DNA from: Octopus vulgaris
Taxonomy: Eukaryota
Reading direction: 5' to 3'
DNA: 64,000 nt
Assembly (NCBI GenBank): GCA_951406725.2
Contig: OX597818.1
Location: forward strand, 6,448,001 to 6,512,000
The translations under genes were made by a program, and so were the position numbers. Positions within the stretch are counted from its first letter, which is position 1. The number at the start of each line of letters is the position of its first letter. The notes beneath the pieces were generated by a model. It did not search any database. It was not told where the DNA came from and worked only from the letters and a program-made list of their open reading frames with translations. Of the stretch, positions 39,780 to 51,548 are shown piece after piece.

Positions 39780-39833
39780 TAAAGGAATTTTGTTAACATC
39801 TTCGTTCAACTCCATTTATAGATATATATATAT

Positions 39834-40112
39834 AGCATTATTAAATCTCAGAACGAGATGTAAACAGTAATCGCTCGACAATGTATAGTATAATAGCCAT
39901 CTCAATATGACTAACCACAAAGGGGGGTGTTACTGTAGCTTTTTAGCCCCAGGAGATCATCGTCTCCAGCTGGCTTTAGACACAAGTTCTGTGCCAGTAT
40001 GGTATTTGCAAAGGAAAGCCATCCCTTTCTCGTAAGCCTAAGTGATACGCACCGGACCGCGGTTTCGAGATTATTGTCTCTTATCAACGGGCGGTAATCA
40101 CCGGATCACGAT
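39834..40112 (-). repeat. Left part of a ~356-bp hammerhead-containing (retrozyme/pLTR-like) repeat
   Basis: 39834-39965 is repeated directly at 45421-45559, and part of it is inverted at 45558-45748. (TA)n flanks the whole array. Confidence 0.8.
40042..40101 (-). ncRNA. Type I hammerhead ribozyme, U3:A8 core variant
   Basis: The minus strand reads gtgat-tac-cgcccg-TTGATAA-gaga-caataa-tctc-GAAA-c-cgcg-GTC-cggtgcg-t-atcac. All three stems pair and stem I is extended. The predicted cut lies between 40055 and 40054. Confidence 0.78.
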
Positions 40113-40354
40113 TAATTCTTTATTACGATTATAAAATTAGTACATAGAAGAACAATACAGGACATACATACAAAAAACTGTTAAGTGGTTCGTTTAAAAA
40201 TTTCCAAAATATATGGATTATTCATTATACAAAAAACTGTATTTAAATTGTCCTTTGCATTGACTAATATAACATTACATTAGATTGAAATCTTACCGAT
40301 ATATTTTAAAACCCGGCAACCTATAAGGTTTCCTTTCCTCTTCTCCATCCATAG

Positions 40355-43300
40355 TTAAACTGGGTTTCTGACACCCACCTTTTTCGCCACTTCCTTCCAT
40401 CTTTTTTCATACACACCTCGTGGTAAGTTCTTCTTTTCCAGCCCCATTTTGCTCTTCAGATGATATCTGAAGTAAGTGAGCAAGCCGGGGACTGAGACAA
40501 AGGATCCTATTGCGACTCTTTCCATTCTTGTACGCCACATGCATTCTTTTACTACTGCAACTGTCCAGTTGGCGGTATCATCTTAATGATAGACTCAGAC
40601 GACAGCTGTACTCGTCCCAGATGCGATAACACGTGTTCTGCGTAACTTATCAAGTCTGACAACTGCCGACAGTGTACAAAAGCGTGCTGGACGGTTTCAT
40701 CGTCCAACCCGCATCTTGGACATGTCGGTGGCACTGAAATTCCGTGCTGCGATAACTTCTCGCGAACAGGTAAAGCATTCCTATAACACTGCCAGGCCAG
40801 GGATCTTTGGAAATTATCCAAATACCCCGTCCTGAAAGTCTTTTTAAACAGGTTGGTAAGCTGGTCCTCGTCGAACCCCAGAGCCCCTCCTAGGACGTCG
40901 TCGTTCTTTGCCTCTACCAGCCTGTTATAAAAGACCGAGGTGGTATTTCCGCAGCCGGCCTTGCCCGCCTTGTGGATCAGCGTGAGTGCCTGTCGGCACT
41001 CTTTTTGCCATAAAGTCAGATTCCGTCTTTTGATGCAACCGGGTTTAAAATTCACTAAGGAAGCCGGTCCCGGGAAAAATTCCCCTGCCAGCGGACTCCA
41101 CACCTTATCACCCTCCAGGTGGTGCCAGAGATGCTTCAGCCTCAACGCATGTCTGCGCATCATCAACCAAGCCATTCCTAACCCACCCTTTAAGCGCCTC
41201 ACAAGTGGCTTTCCTCCCTTCCACAAAAAGCGGAAAAGGATTCGCTCCAACTTGCTAAGCCATGAATCGGGGCAGGGGACAACGGTCAGGCGGTAAGTGA
41301 TTACAGATGCAATGAACATCTGTACCACCTCCGCCCTTCCTTTCAAGGACAGAAACCTTCCGGACCAGGTCCGTACTATGGCCTCCACCTTGTCCGTCAC
41401 CTCACTCCAATTCCTCTCCGTTTGGGAGTCTGGCCCAAACCAAACTCCTAGCAACTTAACAGGACCATCTGTCCAGTGTCCCACGGCACTAGGCGATATC
41501 AACTTGCTCCTCCAGGTGCCGAGGCGTAAGCCAATCAACTTGTCCTTGTTAACTTTTGCTCCTGCCACCGCCTCGTATCCTCTGATAGCATCTTCTACAC
41601 AAGGTAGCTGAGCCTCATTGGACACGATGAGGGTGACGTCATCTGCATAAGCAGAAACCGTCCTCCCGCCTCCGATCTCATCCGGGTTACTTCCCAGCCT
41701 CTCCAACTTTCGCAGCAATGGCTCGAGAGCCAACATGTACGAAAGTGGTGACAAGGGGCACCCTTGACGAACTGAACATTCGATCGAAAACGGTTCCGTT
41801 AGGTAACCGTTTATCTGGACGGTGGACTTGATGCGGCTATACATAGCGGAGATCCACCCGCGAAATTCAGGGCCCAGTCCAGCTGCTTCGAGTACCGTCG
41901 CCAGGTACTTATGGTCTACCCTATCGAACGCTTTACTTTGGTCTAGATGGACCATTACCCCGCCCTTGCCGGTTAATTTACCCACCCTATCTAAGGTGTA
42001 GCGTATAAGGTGAAGATTGTCCTGGATCGACCTGCCTGGAATTGCACATGTCTGTGCTTTCCCTACAAGTTTCTCCACGACAGTCGTCAACCTTTTTGCC
42101 AACACCTTGGCCAAAATCTTTAACTCTACATTAAGTAGAGTTGTGGGCCTGTAATTACTAATGTTATCCCCCTTGCTCGGGTCTTTCTGGATTAGCGTCA
42201 CCACTCCCCGGCTTACAGAACTGGGAATTCTCCCGTTCTGCTGCCAGTTCGCGTAGACGCCTGCCAGTATTCCCCTGAATAAGTCCGGCATACTTTGATA
42301 AAACTCGTAGGGCAGACCATCCAACCCTGGCGACTTCTCCCCGGCGCATCCGGCCAGTACCCCCTCTATCTCCGCGGAAGTGATCGCTCCTTCACAGCAC
42401 TCCACCTCACGCCCAGAGAGCCGCGGTCCGCCGGCTAGGAAGTCCTTTAAGGCCCTCCCCCGCTCCAGCGAACCACCAACCCCGAACGCGCGGGCGAAAT
42501 GCTGGTGAAGAAACTTTTGCATCTCCTCCTGTCCATAGATCTTGTGTCCCTGTTCGTCAGTTAAAGACTTGATTGAAGCTTTGTTGCCTCTCTGACTCTC
42601 CATTCGACGGGCCCATCCGGCAACGTTAATAGCTTCTCGTTTCCCTGCGCGTAGCTTAGCTCTAGAGCCAGATTCCATTGCCTCGTTTAGATTCTTAACT
42701 AAATCGTCCTCTATCCTAGACCTATCTAACTTTAGCTGATTGCTAAATCTATTGGACTCTGAACGAATGGCTCTTTTGAGGGAGTGCCACCATCTATTGT
42801 TAATGATGGTGCCACATAATGCCCTCTGTACTAACACCTTAATCCGGTTACGGAAGTCTTCACAATTCAAAATAGACTTGTTCAGCTTCCAGTACCCGGG
42901 TCCCTGTCTATGACACTTATCTAATTGCACCCGACAAGTCACAAATTTGTGATCCGTGTAAGGCACAATGTGAAACTGTGGACAACTAAACGTATCCTTA
43001 TCTCTTTTCCTAACGAATATCCTATCTATATACGATCTGCGTGAACCGTCGTTGTTACTCCACGTCCACTGTGGAACGCTCGGCTCATCCAGTCGATAAC
43101 GGTCTACTAGATTAAAGCTCTCTAGTAGACCCTTGAGGCTAGGGTTCCACTTCCTATTGGTTGAGCCAACACTGTCGACCCGCGCTTCAAGGACAGTGTT
43201 AAAGTCCCCTACTAAGACTACCGTTTTTGACGTCACTAAAAAGTGCTCCAGATTCCGAAAAAACCTGACTGCCTACACTCATTCGGAGTGTAGACAGCTA

Positions 43301-43616
43301 CCAACCTGAAGGAATGTTTACTTGCGTGGGTCACATCCAGAATGACCAGCCTGCCTTCTGGGTCCAGAAAGACAGTACTTACCTGCAAGTCCAAGCTCTT
43401 CTTGATAAGGACTGCCACGCCCCTTCCTCCTCCTCAGCTAGGAGAAATAAATTTCTCGAAACCATTTAGAAGAGGCGAGAACGCTTGGGCCCCGTTCATC
43501 TTGGACTCGGTTACAATAGCTACGTCCACTCCGTGTGTCGTGAGGTCGTTCAGGAGACAAATTTGTTTCCATTTCGACCCCATTCCACGCACATTCACAC
43601 AACCCAGCTTTGCCAT
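40355..43616 (-). pseudogene. L1/Tx1 ORF2 (AP endonuclease, RT, C-terminal CCHC) with stops and frameshifts
   Basis: Endonuclease motifs VNVRGM, VTES, GDFN, SYIDRIFV and TDH. RT motifs KSPGLDGLP, DQSKAFDRVDH, VRQGCPLSP and AYADD. Zinc knuckle CPRC..ETVQHAFVHC. It is split over four ORFs. Confidence 0.9.
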
Positions 43617-43656
43617 TGTCGGAGAGAGAGAGAGAGAAAGAGAAAAAAAAATAAAC

Positions 43657-45092
43657 TTACGGTTGGGACAGAGAGCATGACAGTTTAAATCTGCATGCTT
43701 CCCCTTCTTCCTCCCTTGTGGTCGTAGCTGCAGGGCTCTTAACCGGCGTTGCCATCGGGCTCTGGGTAGGTGTGGTTGCCGGGTTTATAGTAAGTTTGCC
43801 CTCCAGTATTTCGTTAGTTACGTCTCTGATAAGGTTATTTTTTAAATGATCTTGGAGTGTTTTTTCCTTCCACTCGTCTTCCTTTATTTTTGCAAAACGA
43901 ATCGTCGACTTAGTGTCTGCAGACTTACTGAATAATTTCAGTTTTGAAAATTTTAAGTACTTGAACACTCTATCGTTTCTCTCGTCGAATGCTACAATTT
44001 TTTCATTTTTTTTAATCAATTTTTTCCAATCTTGTTTTATGGGGAGGGGCTTGGCGAACTGTGTTCCAATGAATATAGTGCCGTGGGGGTAGGGCTGGGG
44101 AATTTGTTTTGTATGTATCTCTGCGATGTTTGCTGATTTTTTCTTTGTTTGGGGAGGGGAGTCCAGGGTATTTTCTTTTTTTCTTTTGTGTGTCACCTGT
44201 GTAAATTCCTTTTGTTCATTTTTATCTTCCGTTTCGATTCCCTTCCTTGTCGCAGTCTTGGGGCCTTTTTCCGCCTTTTCTTTTTCTGTGTTTGAAGCAC
44301 TTTGAGGAGGGGCTTCGCTGTTTTTCTTTTTTTTATGCAGTTCGAGCGGACGTGACCCTTTTCACCACATTTGAAACACCTAGGTCTGCGCCCCTCCACT
44401 GACACTCTCATTGTAATTCCCTCCTCAATAAATACCCAATCGGGTAAGTTTTCTAGCACATTATTTTCTGCTTGAACGAGGAGTTCGAGCGCTTGTCTCT
44501 TCCAGTTTACCTCCTCTTTCCTTTTCATCTGCAGAATTGAGACTTTCTGCTCTACGTCGTGTAGAACCGCCGCTGCTACCCACATTATATCATAACCTCT
44601 TGGAATGTCTACTACATATAGTTTCGCAGTTCATTTCCCCATATTGGTAGGTAGTAACATGATGTCCTCACTTTTTAAGGTCATCGATGAAATCTCTCTT
44701 GCCACATCAGCCGAGTCGAAATGTGCTTCAACGGTAGCGCTGCGGGCACCTCGACCGACGTAGCGAATTTTGCTCCACACCGGGGACAAGCACTTCTCTA
44801 CTATTTCGTTCTTCACGTCCATTATTATTTTCTCTTTGTTCCTGTAAACCTTGTATACGACTGTCTTGGCCTTTATTTCCTGTAATATCGCTTGCGGCGG
44901 TACCAGTTTTATTTCGTTGCCTTCCTTTTTAACCAAGTTACGATATTCGAAAAACTGTTCTATTTTAAATTCTACTTCCGTTACGGTTCCGCCCACTGCG
45001 GCCGAAAAAGACTGTTTTTTAACCTCGATATCCTTCTATTCGCCTTTTCCCATCACGGGAAAGTCACTCCTCGACGCTAAGTCGAACTCCAT
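43657..45092 (-). pseudogene. L1/Tx1 ORF1 (gag-like zinc knuckle), disrupted
   Basis: CFKCGEKGHVRSNC knuckle. Fragments at 44631-44996, 44193-44585 and 43657-44196. Likely ATG at 45092. Confidence 0.75.
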
Positions 45093-45329
45093 TTCTCAAA
45101 TTATGAGAACCAATGTTTCAATAAAAAAAAAATTACCCCGAAGGTAATAACAATGTGTATACACAGAATTTTCAGCCCCGTAGGGCGAAAATTACTGTCA
45201 CACAATGGACAACTGTTCAATTCACGAGCAAACACAAACAACGACGCACAAAAAACGAACTCACTCAACAAAATAGGCAGCTAACTTCTCAATACGCAGA
45301 TGAAAGAGGGGTCCCTAGACGAGTCAAAA

Positions 45330-45747
45330 CACCGGTTCACGATGAAAGACAAGGCCTGTTTGCAAATATATAAGAGATTTTCTAGTGACTTCTGCCACTG
45401 ATTTCGAAAAACTGACTGCAAGCATTTTTAAATCTCAGAACGAGATGTAAACAGTAATCGCTCGACAATGGAAAGTATAATAGCCATCTCAATATGGCTA
45501 ACAACAAAGGGGGGGGGGGGGGGTTACTGTAGCTTTTTAGCCCCAGGAGATCATCGTCTGAGATTTAATAATGCTTGCAGTCAGTTTTTCGAAATCAGTG
45601 GCAGAAAGGGATGGCCTCCGTTTGCAAATACGATAAGGGCACAGAAATTGTGTCTAAAGGCAGCTGGAGACGATGATCTCCTGGGGCTAAAAAGCTACAG
45701 TAACACCCCCCTTTGTGGTTAGCCATATTGAGATGGCTATTATACTT

Positions 45748-45748
<1 letters not shown>
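45330..45748. repeat. Right part of the hammerhead-containing repeat: rest of the monomer, a partial second monomer and an inverted monomer lacking the ribozyme
   Basis: 45421-45559 matches 39834-39965. 45558-45748 is an inverted copy of about 39884-40030 joined to 45391-45438. Confidence 0.8.
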
Positions 45749-45822
<74 letters not shown>

Positions 45823-46339
45823 ATGTGTATGTATGTATATGTGTTTGTGCGCTTTTGTATGAGTATGTGAGTGTGTAGATTTGTGAGTGTGTGTATTCAT
45901 ATATACCCTTTTCTATATATATGTGCATGCATTTTGGTTTGTTGCCAATGTAGTCATTATGATTTTTTCCTTTGACCCGGTTTTGCTCATGTTCATGCTC
46001 AGTTTCCGGTTCAGTTTGATGTACAAATGCACATACAGTGATAGCACAAATATATCTATACACGCAGGCAGAAATACATAAATATAATGGAAATGTTTGA
46101 GCCAATCCTCCATAGGAGCGCAACTATTACATGCATGTCCATACAAACACTAGGTGCACATCGGCAAATATTTTCGTTTGCATACGTACACAATCAAATA
46201 TATTCATACACACAGTGACAATCACACATGAGAGTTCATGTTTTTATATATTATCTATCTGTTTTCCTCTCTGTGTCTGTCTCTCACTCACTCTTTCTTA
46301 CTCTCTCTCCCCTCTCCCTCTCACACACACTCTCTCTCT

Positions 46340-46770
<431 letters not shown>

Positions 46771-47934
46771 ACACAAAATATGTACGTCGTCACAGAATGC
46801 GGCACACATGTACAAACGAACACGCTCACATACATATAGAGACGTATTTCATAACATACCGCTTGAACACTATTTAATCACATACTGCAATCTTTCATTG
46901 TCATAAATGGCTCAGCTCATTATACTGCCCCATTCATATTAGAATTAATAGAGATGAACTTTATCAACGTTTCCACTCTGACGCACATACTTCAATAGTT
47001 CGGCATTTTCCTTCTTTAAAAGGCAGTAAGATTAATAAACGATTACAATTTCATCCTGCCTATGAATAAAGACCGACGTCATTTTCTATCAGTCTTTCTG
47101 CTTTTAAAACTCTACTACAATGGCCTTTCCCGAAAATAACTCTCTCCGAGCATCATTCAAGTCTCCTTTTGTTACCACATTACGATTTTCTTTATTATTA
47201 TCTATGTTTAACTGAACTGGCATTTAGTCTGAATTCTATCGAAGAATTGCATAACTAATCCCGCATAGGTACAATGCAACAATTGCAAAATTATCAGGAG
47301 ATAGACTTTAATCCATAGTAGAGTTCATACGAGACGAGATTTTGATTTGCTTCAACATGCTGGACGAGATTCGTTTTTATTTTGCAGTTAATGCAGTTCT
47401 AGCCCCTGAGAGAAATTCTGTAAAATGAAGACAATATTATTTCAGCAAAATTGTTTGAAGCAGCAAAAGGAATTCTAGTCAGTTTTGATGTTTGTAATAG
47501 ATGTGTAGACTACAATAGAGTAGACTGTGGTTATATTTTGATATAAATGTCATGTTTTATTGTCTTCTGGTAAGTGTATTTGATTTTAACACTCACGCGA
47601 ATCAGTCATAAAATCGGATCGATATCAAATAAACACAAAGCGATTCTGTGAATCTCAGAGATGATTGTCATATTAAAATCGCCTGCATTGAGAAACGCAA
47701 GAATGAAAAGATGTGGAAATTCTATATTTTTAATATTAAATAATAATAGTATATTCTCCGATAGATCAAATAACTCAAGAGCCAGATCGAATTTAAAATT
47801 CACTTAATATTTAATATTCCAACACACAACGACCTACCCATATATGTATGTGAATATACCAGTAAACGTGTATATATATATATATGTGTGTGTGCGTGTT
47901 TGTGTGTGTGTGCAGGTATGCATGTATGTATATC

Positions 47935-47986
<52 letters not shown>

Positions 47987-48149
47987 GTTGCACAAAATAA
48001 TAGTAATACAACTTGTTATTTAACTATATTTCTTTCGGCAATATTAAAAAATGTGAAATGTTCAAGTCTGCATTTATATGTTCATATGCTTTATGTATGT
48101 CGTATACCTGTGTTTTAGTTTTTGCAGATATTTATATTGATATGAGTTA

Positions 48150-48480
48150 AAATGCTTGACCTCTCTGATTTCCAAACAGGCAAAAGATTTGGAGCGCAGA
48201 TTGTGGAAGTTTCTATCCCTAAATCTTCTGCTGTATGTTTCGAAAGGTATAACTTCTAAAATCGTGTGGTCATTCCAAAATCGAGGTATAAAAAATATGG
48301 CCTGTATATTTCTGGACGGAAGGCCAGGTGCATATAAAGACACCGATAATTATTGAAACTGACTGTATCAAAAAAGCCATTCAAATACAGCAACAAATGC
48401 TGAGCTACTCGATTGGCAACCTGTGTTAATCAAAGCAACTTTATGCAGTGCGAAGACTGAATTTTCAAGCGGCTAAATTC
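48150..48480 (+). mobile_element. Highly degenerate Tc1-like transposase N-terminal remnant
   Basis: It reads LDLSDFQTG..IGAQ.., resembling the Tc1 helix-turn-helix start DLSDFQRGQIVGAR. Confidence 0.4.
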
Positions 48481-48600
48481 ATGCAAAATAGTTATGAACA
48501 GCACAAAATGTATATATATATATATATATATATTGGTAAAACGGTAAGATAACAAAAGAAAGAAAGAGACCTCGATATTATGTAAATAGAGGAAATTTAT

Positions 48601-48682
48601 ATATACAATAATATGTTACATTACTCGGTAGTCAAGATAAAACTCAGAGTTTTATCTTGACTACCGAGTAATGTAACATATT

Positions 48683-48691
<9 letters not shown>
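48601..48691. repeat. Perfect palindrome (45-bp arms, 1-nt centre)
   Basis: Reads atacaataatatgttacattactcggtagtcaagataaaactc-a-gagttttatcttgactaccgagtaatgtaacatattattgtat. Confidence 0.92.
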
Positions 48692-48750
<59 letters not shown>

Positions 48751-48929
48751 CATACATACATACATACATACATACATACATACATACATACATACATACA
48801 TACATACATACATACATACATAGAAAGTGAACCTCCCAAAATCAGAGCCCAGCAAATTTCAAGAAATTTGCTGGACTTAAACTTTGGTCTGTGTGCGATC
48901 ATTCCTATTGTATGAAAGTCATTTTCTTT

Positions 48930-49250
48930 TCAAAATATGTTCCAAATGGCACAGGTCTCGAAAAATTGTCAATTACCTGAACACACTCTTATTTGCGGAT
49001 TTCCATGGTTTGTGTTGTGATTGCTGACTTCAGTTCACCAATCGTTTCATGTTTGTTCTGGTGAGCATTATCTTCGAGATAACTCCACAGATAAAAATCT
49101 GGGTGAGGATGGTGTCCAAGTGCGGTGAATGCGGTGCCCACTCAACGTCATACTTCCTGCTGATCAGTCTCTCCTGAAATCGCTTTCTCAGCCAGGCTAA
49201 GGAGTCATTTGACGCGTGGGGGTGGCCCCATTTTGATAGAACCACTGTCT
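48930..49250 (-). mobile_element. Tc1/mariner-superfamily transposase C-terminal remnant
   Basis: It reads HASNDSLAWLRKRFQERLISRKYDVEWAPHSP and, after a frameshift, PDFYLWSYL. Confidence 0.7.
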
Positions 49251-49344
49251 ACCTCGATCTATCACTCTGCGTCGTTTTATTCAAACAGTTTTATTCAAAG
49301 ATTTGTGAGTTCTATTCTTGTTGCGTCACCATGTTTTTGTATAT

Positions 49345-49508
49345 ATGACAGGCTTCTTTCAGTTTCCGCCTGCCAGATCCACTCAGAAGGCTTCGGTCTG
49401 CTTGAAGCTACAGTAGAAGACACCTACCAAGGGTGTCACGCAGTGGGGCTGACCCCGGAATTAAGTGGCTTGAAAGCAAGTTTCTTACCGCATAGCCTCG
49501 CCTGCTCC
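49345..49508 (-). mobile_element. Partial family 2 SINE
   Basis: Contains caggcttctttcagtttccg...agaagacac. Confidence 0.65.
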
Positions 49509-50285
49509 TTATGAATGGATATAAAGAGAAAGAGAAATATAAACAGAAAGAGAGATAACACTACACACCGCTTGCAGAAAAACATGAATGTAGAGCACCA
49601 TATAATTTGTGCCATCATACAGGAGTTTCAATGAAGGATACTTAATTATACTACTTCTACTTTCCACCAGTGTATACCATGCAAGTGCTTGATGGTACTT
49701 CAGAAGAAACGCAGTAACTAGAATTATTTCTACTTAAAAGTAGTGCTTATACTTGTAACTAAATATTTAAAAAAAAATTCTGTGTATATCGCATGGATTA
49801 GAGATGAAAATGAAATCCCATTAATTATAGTTACATCGATAGAGTTCTTTTAATATAAGTGAGGGCAGTGCACATTCAAGTTGAGTTTTTGGTTATTCCG
49901 AAGATTCTGTACCTGTAGACGTTGCTATGGTTTATAAGAATAAAAGGTAAAAAACAGGTATTTTACGTTAGCTGTTATTAGAACATGTAGTTGAGAGTTG
50001 GTCATGCATATGTTCCGACTATACCTCTATTATTCGTCACTTCTCTTTGATGTATAGGATATCATCTTACTCTATATCTGCATGAAAATGTGCAACTGCT
50101 TTGTCATGCTAATGTAAATATATCCAAGTCTGTTCTTTTTCAATTCTGAAGTAATTTCTCCTTCGATGTAAAGATCTAATATATTTCTTCTATGCGTAGT
50201 ACACATCAGTTTGTCGCTGCAAGCCCTCTGGTCTGTCAGTTGTCTCCCCTCAACTGTAGGGCACTGATCTGTTGTTATCTATATA

Positions 50286-50708
50286 GGCGCAGGAGTGACT
50301 GTGTGGTAAGTAGCTTGCTAACCAACCACATGGTTCCGGGTTCAGTCCCACTGCGTGGCATCTTGGGCAAGTGTCTTCTGCTATAGCTCCGGGCCGACCA
50401 ATGCCTTGTGAGTGGATTTGGTAGACGAAAAATGAAAGAAGCCTGTCGTATATATGTATATATATATATATATAAGTGTCTGTGTATATGTTCGTGTGTC
50501 TGTGTTTGTCCCCCTAGCATTGCTTGACAACCGATACTGGTGTGTTTACGACCCCGTCAATTAGCGGTTCGGCAAAAGAGACCGATAGAATAAGTACTGG
50601 GCTTACAAAGAATAAGTCCCGGGGATCGATTTGCTCGACTAAAGGCGGTGCTCCAGCATGGCCGCAGTCAAATGACTGAAACAAGTAAACGAGTAAAAGA
50701 GTAAAGAG
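50286..50708 (+). mobile_element. Family 2 SINE, full length
   Basis: It is near-identical to 38204-38597. Confidence 0.85.
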
Positions 50709-50933
50709 TATATATATATATATATATAGATATAGATATACATATAAAAGTAAATAAATGGTACAACAAAGCACCGATATTTACTGGAAAATAGCAATCG
50801 TAATAAATACGACGCTATTGTATAGCTTCACTGCGTAAATACTAGCAAAGACGCGTGTGTGCCACAAACATGAAAAAAATGTGTCTTACCTCTACGAATC
50901 ACATCTGAAAAATGGAAAACTTAGAATCGGATA

Positions 50934-51004
50934 ATGCAGGACCGGTTTCAGACTCTTCAAATACGTTTGACAACGTAGATGTGATTTGTCTTCATCAGCT
51001 GCAT
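50934..51004 (-). ncRNA. Type I hammerhead ribozyme motif
   Basis: The minus strand reads atgcag-CTGATGA-agac[loop]gtct-GAAA-c-cg-GTC-ctgcat. Stem I is a perfect 6 bp and stem III is the palindrome accggt. Confidence 0.85.
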
Positions 51005-51346
51005 ATACCTAAACAATATTTCAAATGTTGCCACATCTATACCAGTACACTCGTCGGAACGCCAAAACGTTAACAGAACGATAACAGTGAAGACGTTTCA
51101 ATGAAAATAATAATGCAATACGAAAGTATTGCCTACCAGTAAAAGATAGCCCGTAAGGGTAAAATTATACATATAAAAGTAGACTGCATTATGAATAAAC
51201 AATGTTAGGGTATTTCGACTAAAAATATCCCCGCACCTTCAAGGAACGCATATATGGAATCACTTATCAAATGTTTAGTGGTGTGGTGTTAAGTATACAG
51301 TCGTTGACTCGAATTTGATCTTTGTTCTCTGATCAATGTATTATAT

Positions 51347-51425
51347 CAGGTGGTGCTATTAAGTTAGACATGGCCTGGACCAAACTTTGGTCGAAACATA
51401 TCTAAGTTTATCTAAGTCTAAGTTT
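51347..51425 (+). mobile_element. Very short 3' tail of a CR1/L2-type LINE
   Basis: It matches the 3' end of 58605-58930. Confidence 0.65.
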
Positions 51426-51472
<47 letters not shown>

Positions 51473-51548
51473 ATACACTGATCAGAGAACAAACATCAAA
51501 TTATATATATATATTTATATATATGTATATATATATTTATATATATGT

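Larger units (their letters stand above)
39484..39819. repeat. Near-perfect palindrome (~160-bp arms, 16-nt spacer) with a hammerhead in each arm
   Basis: 39484-39643 is the reverse complement of 39660-39819 with only a few mismatches. Confidence 0.92.
40113..45329 (-). mobile_element. Near full-length L1/Tx1-clade LINE with a 14-bp target-site duplication
   Basis: It has ORF1 and an APE-RT ORF2, and an AATAAA just inside the 3' end. The duplication is caccggatcacgat (40099-40112) versus caccggttcacgat (45330-45343). Confidence 0.85.

Noticed and set aside
39494-39815. Two near-identical ~70-aa ORFs on opposite strands
   Set aside because: They are a by-product of the palindrome and show no protein features.
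40031-45393. The ribozyme segment missing from the inverted monomer as a spliced intron
   Set aside because: The junction does not fit GT-AG on either strand. TTCT microhomology explains a deletion.
39834-45748. DIRS/Ngaro-like split or inverted terminal repeats, or LTRs, belonging to the RT element
   Set aside because: The protein is an APE-RT of the L1 group with no tyrosine recombinase or integrase, and a target-site duplication lies inside the repeats. The repeats are therefore the target, not the element's termini.
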